This document shows positions 11,157 to 20,082 of a stretch of DNA of 64,000 nucleotides, one piece after another (position 1 is the first letter of the stretch; every line of letters starts with the position of its first letter). Below the pieces are notes generated by a model. It searched no databases. It saw only the letters and a list, made by a program, of their open reading frames with translations, and had not been told where the DNA came from. Source of the stretch: a virus. Lineage: Duplodnaviria > Heunggongvirae > Uroviricota > Caudoviricetes. Made by a program: the position numbers and the translations under genes. The stretch spans positions 1-64,000 of IMG/VR virus record IMGVR_UViG_3300009008_000023. One strand, given 5' to 3'.

Positions 11157-12287
11157 ATGAACATTCAAGGACTTATCACTTATTACTTTTTCTTCCCTAA
11201 AAGCTCAGAGGCATTATACTTTACTGAAAAGCCAAACAAGGAATCAAATAATCGCAGGAATCATTACAATCGATATGGGATTATAGGTTACAATAAATCT
11301 AGATTTAATCCCATATATGGTGGCGATATCATTCCATTTAATAAGGCTAGTGAGGACACAATCAACAATGGTTTGTATTTAGGTGTGTCTGAATTTTTAC
11401 AGGCTATTGCTGAACCTTCAGCTAAATTAGTAAAGAAAGTGCCTAGACTTACGAATCCACCCCAATTCACCACACCCAAGTCTAAAAACAAAGACACCAC
11501 ACCCACGAGCAATCCTCCTCTCATTACTTACACATTCTCTTTAATACCACGTAAGGTATCACGTCGCACTAAAGACAGTGTACTTGATAAGTACCCTGAG
11601 ATTACGAAAGCACACATTGACCTGCGAGCATATTCATTAATTGTAAATGGCGTCACGACCACAGACACATCCATAGACACGGTCACAGACACATCCACAT
11701 ACAAACCCACAGACGCACAGCTCGAACAGCTTAATGAAGATGTGCAGACATGGTTCCGACAATTATCATTATTAGATCTAATACATCACATATCCGATTA
11801 TACAGAATTTAAAGATTGGCCCACACTTACAATAAGATTCTCTAGTAAAACTCCACCGTCTGCTCCTCTTGAGTACATGGTAAATTATACTGTGAATACG
11901 TATGTAAATAACGTTCCTAAATCGATAGAGCAGGATACATATGAGTTAGCATATCATTATGTTGTAAATGATGCTGAATTATCTCGTGCGCCACTGCATG
12001 AGCAGTCCTACTATCAGTATTACCCTTCCTACGGGACAATAGTAGTAAATGTGAGTGAAAGTAGTTTCATGCGTGTCACCACACCCACCACATCCACAGA
12101 CGCACATCCCGATGACACACACGAACCAACACTCTTTCACTACAAACACGATCCCGATGCAGATTTCTTAGACACTTATCAAATCGCTAAGCTTAACCCT
12201 GCTGATCCAGTGCCTACAGCACTAGAGGATGAGGCTAAAGCTGTAAATGACGAGCTCGAAGACGTCACATTGACGTCAAAATCATAA
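11157..12287 (+). CDS. hypothetical Thr/Pro-rich protein (376 aa)
   Basis: Long ORF with low-complexity TTDTSIDTVTDTST tract. Confidence 0.4.
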   Translation: MNIQGLITYYFFFPKSSEALYFTEKPNKESNNRRNHYNRYGIIGYNKSRFNPIYGGDIIPFNKASEDTINNGLYLGVSEFLQAIAEPSAKLVKKVPRLTNPPQFTTPKSKNKDTTPTSNPPLITYTFSLIPRKVSRRTKDSVLDKYPEITKAHIDLRAYSLIVNGVTTTDTSIDTVTDTSTYKPTDAQLEQLNEDVQTWFRQLSLLDLIHHISDYTEFKDWPTLTIRFSSKTPPSAPLEYMVNYTVNTYVNNVPKSIEQDTYELAYHYVVNDAELSRAPLHEQSYYQYYPSYGTIVVNVSESSFMRVTTPTTSTDAHPDDTHEPTLFHYKHDPDADFLDTYQIAKLNPADPVPTALEDEAKAVNDELEDVTLTSKS

Positions 12288-12322
12288 GTACACACTCAAT
12301 CACTAACCCAAGGAGATAGCCC

Positions 12323-12655
12323 ATGGTTGGTATTATCGTTCTCACCGTATTCATATACATAGGGTACCTCTTAATTAACTACTTAATGAAAGATAAGAAA
12401 CTATGCCCTACCTGTAAGTCAGATTGGATTTATACTCGTGATAGCGACAACAATCCTCTATCTTACAGTTGTTTCCCACCTTATGTACGTACGTGTACAA
12501 ACTCCAACTGTCTACGCCAAGAAAAGCGTAGCTCAATGTCAAGTGATGTCCCTTGGGACTGGAAACTCACGATCCCGTCAAACCTCGCTAAGAACCCCAG
12601 TACTATGGAGGAAGTAAAGTGTCAAGCGAAAACCAAGACAACCAAGAAAAAGTAA
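12323..12655 (+). CDS. hypothetical membrane-anchored Cys-rich protein
   Basis: N-terminal TM helix; CPTC...C...C motifs. Confidence 0.35.
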   Translation: MVGIIVLTVFIYIGYLLINYLMKDKKLCPTCKSDWIYTRDSDNNPLSYSCFPPYVRTCTNSNCLRQEKRSSMSSDVPWDWKLTIPSNLAKNPSTMEEVKCQAKTKTTKKK

Positions 12656-12855
12656 CTACTGTAACTACTACCCACAAGATCAAGATCACTGATGTTATAC
12701 TATCTAGTCATCAGAGTAACATCTTTGATATTGGGGGATTTGTTAACACTGTAGTAGAGCCATCCGGGTATCCCTACTTTGAGTGGAATGGGTGGGTATA
12801 TGATGCTAATGACATGCTTTTTCGTCAATTAGTCAGATACGAGGAGCTTCTATAA
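12619..12855 (+). CDS. hypothetical protein (78 aa)
   Basis: ORF overlapping upstream gene end. Confidence 0.3.
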   Translation: MSSENQDNQEKVTTVTTTHKIKITDVILSSHQSNIFDIGGFVNTVVEPSGYPYFEWNGWVYDANDMLFRQLVRYEELL

Positions 12856-12997
12856 TGTCACCCAGAATCTCTAACACCATTCGTAGACGATGAAGTGGAG
12901 TCAACATAAGAGGCACTGTCCTCATAGAAACAAGGACAACTTTTGTATGTACAAGACCGCTTGAAAAAGATGGATACAATACCTAGCAATTAACTAA

Positions 12998-13019
12998 AAT
13001 ATGGGTATAAGAATAATGT
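12998..13019 (+). promoter_or_regulatory. phage promoter motif (aaaatATGGGTATAAGAATAATG)
   Basis: Full consensus incl. downstream ATG; upstream of NAD salvage genes. Confidence 0.6.
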
Positions 13020-13188
13020 GATGAGTATGTTACGTTCACTCTGAGTCGCACCCCTCAGCACTGAATTGTAACAAGCTCCAACCTTCATTCCATGCCATCA
13101 CTAGTCCACTCTCAGCGTCCGTTCAAGTACTACCTCCAGGCTTAGAGACAACTTGATTGTCTCAGTCCTACCAGCGCTTTACATGTTT

Positions 13189-13482
13189 GTCAACGAGAGT
13201 GGGTTCGGCTCGTCCGCACTCCCTCTAGCACATGAACTATGTAACCGCAACTTGAACGATTACGTGGGGTTTGGGCTGAGGGGCAAGCCTATGTGCTTGT
13301 CCCTTTACGTTAAAATTAGTTCAATGCAAAAGCTTATTAAAAAGAATCTTAAAAATGTTGCTGATCTCGTTAAAGAAGAAGACGGTTTAAATAAAGCAAT
13401 AGTAGACTGGCACAAGAACAAAAAAGTCAAAAATAAACCCAGCGATACCACCGGCGACGAAACTAAAGACAGCGACACCTAA
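13189..13482 (+). CDS. hypothetical Lys-rich protein, start uncertain
   Basis: ORF within leader upstream of natV-like gene; weak RBS. Confidence 0.2.
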   Translation, partial: VNESGFGSSALPLAHELCNRNLNDYVGFGLRGKPMCLSLYVKISSMQKLIKKNLKNVADLVKEEDGLNKAIVDWHKNKKVKNKPSDTTGDETKDSDT

Positions 13483-13500
13483 CCCTAGCAAGGAGACAAC

Positions 13501-14553
13501 ATGGCAACCAATGTAGGAGTAATCATTGGCCGATTTCAGGTTGATGATCTACACCCGGCTCACAGAGCCATTATTGATGAAGTGAAGGACAAACACTCAC
13601 AGATCCTCGTGTTCTTGGGGTGTCCGGCAACATATCTCAGTCAGCGTAACCCTCTGGATTTCTCTACGAGACGTCGTATGATTCAGAGTCATTATCCTGA
13701 TGTGGATGTCTTCCAGATTAAAGACCACAAGCTCGATAGTATCTGGTACCAGGAGCTTGACCGTCGTATTCGAGAGATTGAACCGCATGCTGAAATTACG
13801 TTGTACGGCGGGCGTGATTCTTTTGCTGACTACTATGATGGAGCATTCCCGGTTGAAGTTCTCACAGATATCGAGAACTCTTTCTCTGGCACTGAAATAC
13901 GTGAAAGAGTTGGAAATACTCCTCTCTCAACTCCTGACTTTCGTGCTGGCGTGATCTATGCTATTGCTAATCGTTTTCCTCTTACCCACTTAACAGTCGA
14001 TATAGGGCTAATAAACCCATATCACTCGTCCCCTACAAAGAACTCAAGAATTCTGCTAGGTAGAAAAGAAGGTGATAGGCAGTGGTGTTTCCCAGGCGGG
14101 TTTGTCGATGCAAAAGACGCATCACTCGAAGACGCTACAAGGCGTGAACTCTTTGAAGAGACTGGGTGTCACACTAGCAGTGTGCAAATGTGTAAGTATG
14201 TAGCAAGCTTGGAAGTTGTGAATGATTGGCGCTACAAGAATGAGGTTGATCGTATCATGACGAATGTGTTCCTAATGGAACTTCCACCTAATTCACCTTA
14301 TCTTAAGAACAATGATCAAGGCGAAGAAGGTACAGGCTTACTATCAGAAAATAAACTAAAAGCCAGTGATGATCTTGCAGAAATTCAATGGTTTGATTTG
14401 AAAGAATTTAGCGAGACTCCACATCATTTTGTTACTAATGATCTCATTACAAAGGCTCATCAGCCAATCATGCAAGTCTTTATCGCACATCTCAAAGACA
14501 ACGAGCTCTACGGGCTCGCCAACGATAAACCTAAACCACAGGATTGTGATTAA
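13501..14553 (+). CDS. natV: bifunctional NMN adenylyltransferase / Nudix hydrolase (NadM/NatV-like)
   Basis: N-terminal GRFQ(V/P)xHxxH cytidylyltransferase HxGH-type motif; C-terminal Nudix box GGFVDAKDASLEDATRRELFEETG; strong RBS AAGGAG. Confidence 0.85.
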   Translation: MATNVGVIIGRFQVDDLHPAHRAIIDEVKDKHSQILVFLGCPATYLSQRNPLDFSTRRRMIQSHYPDVDVFQIKDHKLDSIWYQELDRRIREIEPHAEITLYGGRDSFADYYDGAFPVEVLTDIENSFSGTEIRERVGNTPLSTPDFRAGVIYAIANRFPLTHLTVDIGLINPYHSSPTKNSRILLGRKEGDRQWCFPGGFVDAKDASLEDATRRELFEETGCHTSSVQMCKYVASLEVVNDWRYKNEVDRIMTNVFLMELPPNSPYLKNNDQGEEGTGLLSENKLKASDDLAEIQWFDLKEFSETPHHFVTNDLITKAHQPIMQVFIAHLKDNELYGLANDKPKPQDCD

Positions 14554-14997
14554 TGGACCAGTTAAATGATAACCTAGCTGTCATGACCGACAGCTACAAA
14601 GCAGGACATTTTCGTCAGTACCCTGCCGGTACGACGTCAATTATGTCTTATTTTGAATCCCGTGGAGGTTTACCTTACACGGTGTTCTTTGGTCTCCAGT
14701 ACATCATCAAAAAGCACCTTCTTGGTCGGGTGATGACTCAGAAGAAGCTCACTGCAGCACAAATTTTTTGGAACGAGCACTTTGGCGATAATCAGCCTTG
14801 TGGTGAAGATATATTCAATCATAAGGGTTGGCAGCACATCATCGATAATCATGATGGGCATCTGCCTATTCGCATCCGAGCGGTCCCTGAAGGGACTAAG
14901 GTACCTTCATCAAACGCCCTCATTACAGTAGAGAATACTGATCCTGAGTGCTTCTGGCTTACCAATTGGTTGGAAACGTTGTTAGTACAAGTATGGT
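14553..14997 (+). CDS. nadV: nicotinamide phosphoribosyltransferase (NadV/NAMPT), exon 1
   Basis: MTDSYKAGHFRQYP...DGHLPIRIRAVPEG...TDPECFWLTNWLETLLVQVW matches the NAMPT N-terminal region; ends at T14997 before in-frame TAG. Confidence 0.8.
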
Positions 14998-16022
14998 AGA
15001 AATGCCCTTTATGGTGGTAACACCATATCGAAACTTCTCTAATTGCTGGGATATCCTAATTATAGGACGATCAGCAGCGAAGCCTAATCTAATTAGTTCT
15101 TGCATTAGTAAGTATTATTTGTTATATTTACTATAGTTACTAACTAATTAGGAGTTTTTTTATGATAGGAAAACAATTTGGAAACGATCTTGTTATAGAT
15201 AGAAAAGTTGAACAAAGATCATATGGTAAATTAACCCTTTACCTTGTTGAGTGCCAAAAATGTAGCAACAAAAAATGGGTTCAAAAATCCGCCCTAGTTA
15301 ATGGAAATATAAAGTGTAGAGTAGGTATATGTAACAGACAAGTACCTGATTTCACTAATCAAATATTTCATTATTGGACTGCTTTAGAATATGTAAAAGA
15401 TAAAAAATCACGTGGATGGTTATGGAAGTGTAAGTGTAAATGCGGGAATGTGGGATATGTCCGCACTCATACATTACAATCTGGACAATCAAAGTCTTGT
15501 GGTTGTTATATGAAAGAACAACTGTCTCAACGTCAAACACTTACTGACTATATAGGACCAAAACGTGAAATTTATAGAAATTACAATAGAGCCTCTAATA
15601 AGAGAAATTATGAATTTTTATTAACTGAAGAACAATTTTTTGAACTCATTGAACAGCCATGTTTTTACTGTGGAATAGAAAAGTCAATGGTTTTTTATCG
15701 ACAAAACTATAGATACAATGGTGTTGATAGAGTAGACAATTCTATAGGATACACCATAAATAACACAGTGTCATGTTGTAAAAATTGTAATAACTCTAAA
15801 AGTACACTATCTCAACAAGAATGGTTTAATTGGCTTAAACAAGTTTATACCTATCAGAAAGCTCAAGGAACGTTCAACGACTAGTCGAAAGACGTACACC
15901 CAAGTGGGTGGAAATGGGAAGGCTCCTATTAGTTTAGGAGTTTGATATAGTCTGATCTACATAGTAATATGTAGCAGCTCACAAGAGCGGGCTGAGATTA
16001 ACGACCTCAGTTAAACACAATG
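14998..16022 (+). mobile_element. group I intron (1025 nt) interrupting nadV, carrying an HNH homing endonuclease ORF
   Basis: Joining T14997 to A16023 restores the frame and the conserved NAMPT motif VQ(V/S)W-YP(T/I)T(I/V)ATNS; 5' exon ends in U, intron ends in G. Confidence 0.7.
15162..15884 (+). CDS. intron-encoded HNH homing endonuclease
   Basis: C-terminal GVDRVDNSIGYTINNTVSCCKNCNNSK HNH motif; own RBS; AT-rich codon usage. Confidence 0.8.
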   Translation: MIGKQFGNDLVIDRKVEQRSYGKLTLYLVECQKCSNKKWVQKSALVNGNIKCRVGICNRQVPDFTNQIFHYWTALEYVKDKKSRGWLWKCKCKCGNVGYVRTHTLQSGQSKSCGCYMKEQLSQRQTLTDYIGPKREIYRNYNRASNKRNYEFLLTEEQFFELIEQPCFYCGIEKSMVFYRQNYRYNGVDRVDNSIGYTINNTVSCCKNCNNSKSTLSQQEWFNWLKQVYTYQKAQGTFND

Positions 16023-16978
16023 ATCCTACTACAATCGCCACCAATAGCCATATGGCAAGAACTAACATTAACCAGTATCTTGAAGATACTGGTGACCCCA
16101 CACTCATTGACTTCAAGCTTCACGACTTCGGTTACAGGGGAGTATCATGTGATGAGCAGGCCGGCATTGGTGGAATGGCTCACCTCACCTCCTTCATGGG
16201 TACTGATACTGTTAAAGGTATCATAACCGCGCAACAGTATTACAATGCACAGATGTGTGGATTTTCCATTCCGGCCAGCGAACACTCAACCATGACTTCA
16301 TGGGGGAAGGATCATGAGCTTGATGCTTTCCGTAACATGCTCGATCAACATCCCACAGGACTAGTTGCATGTGTGAGTGATTCATTTGACATCTATCATG
16401 CATGTGAACAGTACTGGGGCACTGATCTTAAAGATCAAATCCTCGGAAGAGACGGCACTCTTGTCGTCCGTCCTGACTCTGGTGACCCCATCGAAGTAAC
16501 AGAGAAAGTGTTTGAAATTCTCTGGAAACAGTTTGGTGGAACCACCAATGAGAAGGGATACCGTGTTCTTGATCCCCACATCCGCATGATTCAGGGCGAC
16601 GGCATAGACTTAAATATGCTGGCTATGATTCTTGCCAACTTTAAGGACAAGATGATTTCGGCTGATAACATCGCGTTTGGGTCTGGTGGGGGACTTCTCC
16701 AGCAGTTCAATCGTGATACTGGTCGCTTTGCTTTCAAGTGCTGTCACGCTATTATCAATGGCGAAAGCCGCGACATTTTTAAAAGCCCTATTGCGGGTAG
16801 TAAGCCTTCGAAGAAGGGTTATCTCACTCTACAGAAGAATGATGGTGGCGCGTTCGAGACCATCAATGATAGGGTATTACACTACTCTGATGAAAACTTA
16901 CTTGAGCCGGTTTATGAGAATGGCGTCCTTTTAAAGGATCAAACATTCGCTGAAATAAAAGCTCGTATCTTGGTATAA
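16023..16978 (+). CDS. nadV: nicotinamide phosphoribosyltransferase (NadV/NAMPT), exon 2
   Basis: YPTTIATNSH...KLHDFGYRGVS...GSGGGLLQ... collinear with NAMPT central and C-terminal regions. Confidence 0.8.
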
Positions 16979-17030
16979 GAATAGAGTAAGTAATCTTTCT
17001 TACGCGAAAAGAAGGAGGTGCAATTAACTA

Positions 17031-17315
17031 ATGATTTTTTTCGCAAATATCTGGTACATGTTTCAGGCTTTCAGTATTATTGCAATTCTTTGGGTTGGTG
17101 GGTGGCTAATTTACAAATATGCCATTCGTCCAGCCAAGGAAAAGTCTGAAACCCTCAGTGCAGCTGAGGCATACGAAAAGGCAGTTCGAGATCGAGAGGA
17201 GGCCGAGGTCGAGCTGGCTGAAGCTGAAAAGCTTGGAAAGAAGGAGACTAAAGACTTCGAAAGAAAGTTGAAAGATCCCCGTAAGTTGGAAGACAAAGCA
17301 CGTAAATTAAAGTGA
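17031..17315 (+). CDS. small membrane protein with charged coiled-coil tail (NfeD/YqiJ-like partner of the SPFH protein)
   Basis: N-terminal TM helix; E/K-rich C-terminus; immediately upstream of the SPFH gene. Confidence 0.4.
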   Translation: MIFFANIWYMFQAFSIIAILWVGGWLIYKYAIRPAKEKSETLSAAEAYEKAVRDREEAEVELAEAEKLGKKETKDFERKLKDPRKLEDKARKLK

Positions 17316-17349
17316 TACATTCTATTCCCTACTCACTTTAAGGAGTGAA

Positions 17350-18636
17350 ATGCAGCTGAAACATGTTGTCATTGGTTTACTCGTCATTGGTCTTGCCATT
17401 ATTGGCAGCCTGGCGGGCAAACTCGTTGAACCCCTTGATTCCGAGCAGATGATGATGACGCAGGATCCCATTGATGGTGACTTGCATTTTCATAATACTG
17501 CCGGAATGAAAGTGCAGCGCTTGGGGTCTCTGGAGAAGTACGACAAATCTTCTAGGGCATATTTTTCCGCCGACCCGGATCTGGGTGGGCATGAGGATCA
17601 GTCCCAGTCGATTCGATTCAATGATAAAGCCTCCGCCATGCTGAGCTACTCGTTCCAGTATTTCCTGCCTCAGGACGAAAGTCACATGAAGATGCTCTTC
17701 AGTGACTATCGTACTCCTGACAGGATCTTCCATGAGGTCATCAAGTCTTCAGCACAGAAGGCAGTGTATATCACTGGCCCCTTGATGAGTTCTGTGGAAT
17801 CAGCAGCTGAAAGACGTCCTGAGCTTCGTAGTTTACTTGAAGATCAGATTCAGAATGGTCCATACAAAACTAAAGCTCGAGAAGTCAAGATGCCTGATCC
17901 TATTACGGGTGAAGAGGTTACTCTTACGGTTATGGAAATTATAGAGGATCCTACCGCCCCTGGTGGTTTTGCTCGTCTCGAAGAGTCTACACTGAACAAG
18001 TACGGCATACGTATTGAAAACTTGTCCATTGATAAGATTGGATATGCTGATGCTGTAAATGCTCAGATTGAGGCTCAGCGAGAAGCCTTCATGAAAGTTC
18101 AGACTGCTAAGGCGGATGCCAAGGCTGCTGAACAGCGCACACTGACTGTTGAACAGGAGGGTCTGGCATCTGCTGCTCAGGCTAAATGGGAACAGGAAGT
18201 GATCAAAGCCCGCGAAGTTACCAAGGCCGAACAGGAAAAGGCTGTTGCTGAAACTCAGGCTGCTAAGAAGCTTGAGGTTGCCAAGTTCGACCGAATGGCT
18301 GCTGCTGAAGAAAAGCAGGCTAATATCCTTCGCGGTGAGGGTGAAGCAGAGAGAAAGCGCCTAGTCCTAGAAGCTGATGGTGCTCTTGCACAGAAATTAG
18401 CTACTTATGCTGAAGTACAGCGTTACTGGGCCGATGCTGCAGCTCGTTACCAAGGTAACTGGGTTCCCAATATTGTCATGGGGGCAGGAGCGTCCACGGA
18501 CGATCCTAATAACCGTGACATGGCATCTGCTGGCTTTGGAATTCAAGATTTTATCAATATCGTAGGAATGAAAACACTCAATGATGTGAGTGTTGACATG
18601 ACTATGTCCAAGGGAACTTCTACACAGGCTCCCTAA
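17350..18636 (+). CDS. SPFH/band-7 (flotillin/YqiK-like) membrane protein
   Basis: N-terminal TM helix; long Ala/Glu/Gln/Lys-rich coiled coil typical of flotillin-like proteins; GC-rich host-like codon usage. Confidence 0.6.
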   Translation: MQLKHVVIGLLVIGLAIIGSLAGKLVEPLDSEQMMMTQDPIDGDLHFHNTAGMKVQRLGSLEKYDKSSRAYFSADPDLGGHEDQSQSIRFNDKASAMLSYSFQYFLPQDESHMKMLFSDYRTPDRIFHEVIKSSAQKAVYITGPLMSSVESAAERRPELRSLLEDQIQNGPYKTKAREVKMPDPITGEEVTLTVMEIIEDPTAPGGFARLEESTLNKYGIRIENLSIDKIGYADAVNAQIEAQREAFMKVQTAKADAKAAEQRTLTVEQEGLASAAQAKWEQEVIKAREVTKAEQEKAVAETQAAKKLEVAKFDRMAAAEEKQANILRGEGEAERKRLVLEADGALAQKLATYAEVQRYWADAAARYQGNWVPNIVMGAGASTDDPNNRDMASAGFGIQDFINIVGMKTLNDVSVDMTMSKGTSTQAP

Positions 18637-18672
18637 TCCCCAACCATACGCCTCCAAGTAAATGGTTGAAGA

Positions 18673-18712
18673 CTCATCCCCTGCGCACTAGTGTGGGGGA
18701 TGAGTATTTTAC
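18673..18712 (+). terminator. rho-independent terminator
   Basis: CTCATCCCC...GGGGATGAG hairpin followed by a T-tract. Confidence 0.7.
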
Positions 18713-18721
18713 TTTTTAATT

Positions 18722-18742
18722 TTTTACGGTATAAGATAAATG
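18722..18742 (+). promoter_or_regulatory. phage promoter motif (tttttaCGGTATAAGATAAATG)
   Basis: Directly after terminator 18673-18712. Confidence 0.55.
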
Positions 18743-18957
18743 TTCACCATAACGCTAAAAATTTAGCGTATGGTTTTAGTACCCTTTAACGTAGGAGAAG
18801 GAATCATGCGGTGACAAACAACTTTTATGTTAGTTATTAAAAATATGAAACGAACCAGTAGATTAGGTGTATGAGTTAATCTAGTATTTAATTCTACCTA
18901 GTGGATCCAGGACCTTATTTTGACTAGGGCCCCTGAACATAGCACCTAAATAACTGA

Positions 18958-18982
18958 AGCCGAGTTGTCTCGGTATTTTTAC
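18958..18982 (+). terminator. rho-independent terminator
   Basis: GCCGAGTTGTCTCGGT hairpin plus TATTTTT. Confidence 0.55.
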
Positions 18983-19004
18983 AAAGATGGAATTTACAGA
19001 AGAC

Positions 19005-19039
19005 GGTCGAGGGCAATCCCGCTCTCGACCATTTTTTTT
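19005..19039 (+). terminator. rho-independent terminator
   Basis: GGTCGAGGGCAATCCCGCTCTCGACC hairpin plus T8. Confidence 0.75.
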
Positions 19040-19060
19040 ACCTTAAAAATTGGAATAAGA
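19030..19060 (+). promoter_or_regulatory. phage promoter motif variant (tttttACCTTAAAAATTGGAATAAGAAAA) upstream of sigma factor gene
   Basis: Shares the extended upstream ACCTTAAAAAT element with sites 31240 and 54385. Confidence 0.5.
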
Positions 19061-19100
19061 AAAAAGAAGGAAGTCACACAAAACTTGTTTAGGAGGTTGC

Positions 19101-20012
19101 ATGAAATTAAAGGAATTAGTGGATGCGCGTGATTCAGAGTTTTCACGAACTCTTCAAACGACTTTAAACAAGTACTCAGTACTTTCAAAAGCAGAAGAAG
19201 AGCCCATTGCTAAAAAGGCATTTGAAGGCTGTGAAACTTCAAGAGACTTGCTAGTTTTTCACAATCTTCGATTTGCAATTAAGTGGGCCTTAGACTCTCA
19301 TCAGGGGGCTGGTATAGAGTTTACTGATGCTACATCAGTTTGTATTTTAGGCCTTATTAAGGCATCAAAACGCTTTGATTACCAACAAAACACAAAGTTT
19401 ATTTCATATGCAGTTTGGTGGATGAGGGCCGGTATAACTCAGGCATCAAGAACATCGGACACAGTACTGCTTCCTGCTAATCGTTACACTCAGAGAATGA
19501 AAATACGCACTTCACGTTCTAAACTGTACCCATTGCTTGAGCGTATTCCAACAGTGGATGATATCTCACGCGATACTGGAATCGACGTTGAATCAATTAG
19601 ACTCATTAATAGTCACCATGTTATTAGTATTAATGGTCCCATACAAGGACCGGATAAGTCGGAAAGAGATGACCCTAGATTCCAGAGCGAAGATTTTGTC
19701 TCTTCTTGTCTTCACCCTGACTATAGTGGTTATAACAAACTCGCAGCCCTCAATGCCTTAATTAATACACAAACCAGAGAGCTTATAAAGGAAATAACTC
19801 TCAGTAAAGTGGATCAGCGTGAAGCTTTCATCTTAGATCGACGCTTTGGGTTAGGGTGGTTAAATCCAAGGCATAACGAACCACAGTCTTTAGAGAGTGT
19901 CGGTAAGGAATTGGGGATTAGTCGTGAGCGCGTTCGCCAGCTTCAAGCCAGGGCTATCTCTAAAATTGAAGGTTCATTGGAACGGCTAGATATTACTTCT
20001 ATGGCTAGTTAA
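19101..20012 (+). CDS. sigma-70 family RNA polymerase sigma factor
   Basis: Region 2 signature FISYAVWWMRAGITQA (cf. FSTYATWWIRQAITRA) and region 4.2 LESVGKELGISRERVRQLQARAISKI helix-turn-helix. Confidence 0.75.
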   Translation: MKLKELVDARDSEFSRTLQTTLNKYSVLSKAEEEPIAKKAFEGCETSRDLLVFHNLRFAIKWALDSHQGAGIEFTDATSVCILGLIKASKRFDYQQNTKFISYAVWWMRAGITQASRTSDTVLLPANRYTQRMKIRTSRSKLYPLLERIPTVDDISRDTGIDVESIRLINSHHVISINGPIQGPDKSERDDPRFQSEDFVSSCLHPDYSGYNKLAALNALINTQTRELIKEITLSKVDQREAFILDRRFGLGWLNPRHNEPQSLESVGKELGISRERVRQLQARAISKIEGSLERLDITSMAS

Positions 20013-20040
20013 TTTAAGGGGCTTCGGCCTCTTTTACCGT

Positions 20041-20062
20041 AGATTTTGGTATAAGAATTTTG
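20041..20062 (+). promoter_or_regulatory. phage promoter motif (gattTTGGTATAAGAATTTTG)
   Basis: Consensus match. Confidence 0.55.
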
Positions 20063-20082
20063 AGTGGGGACAGCTATGTCAA

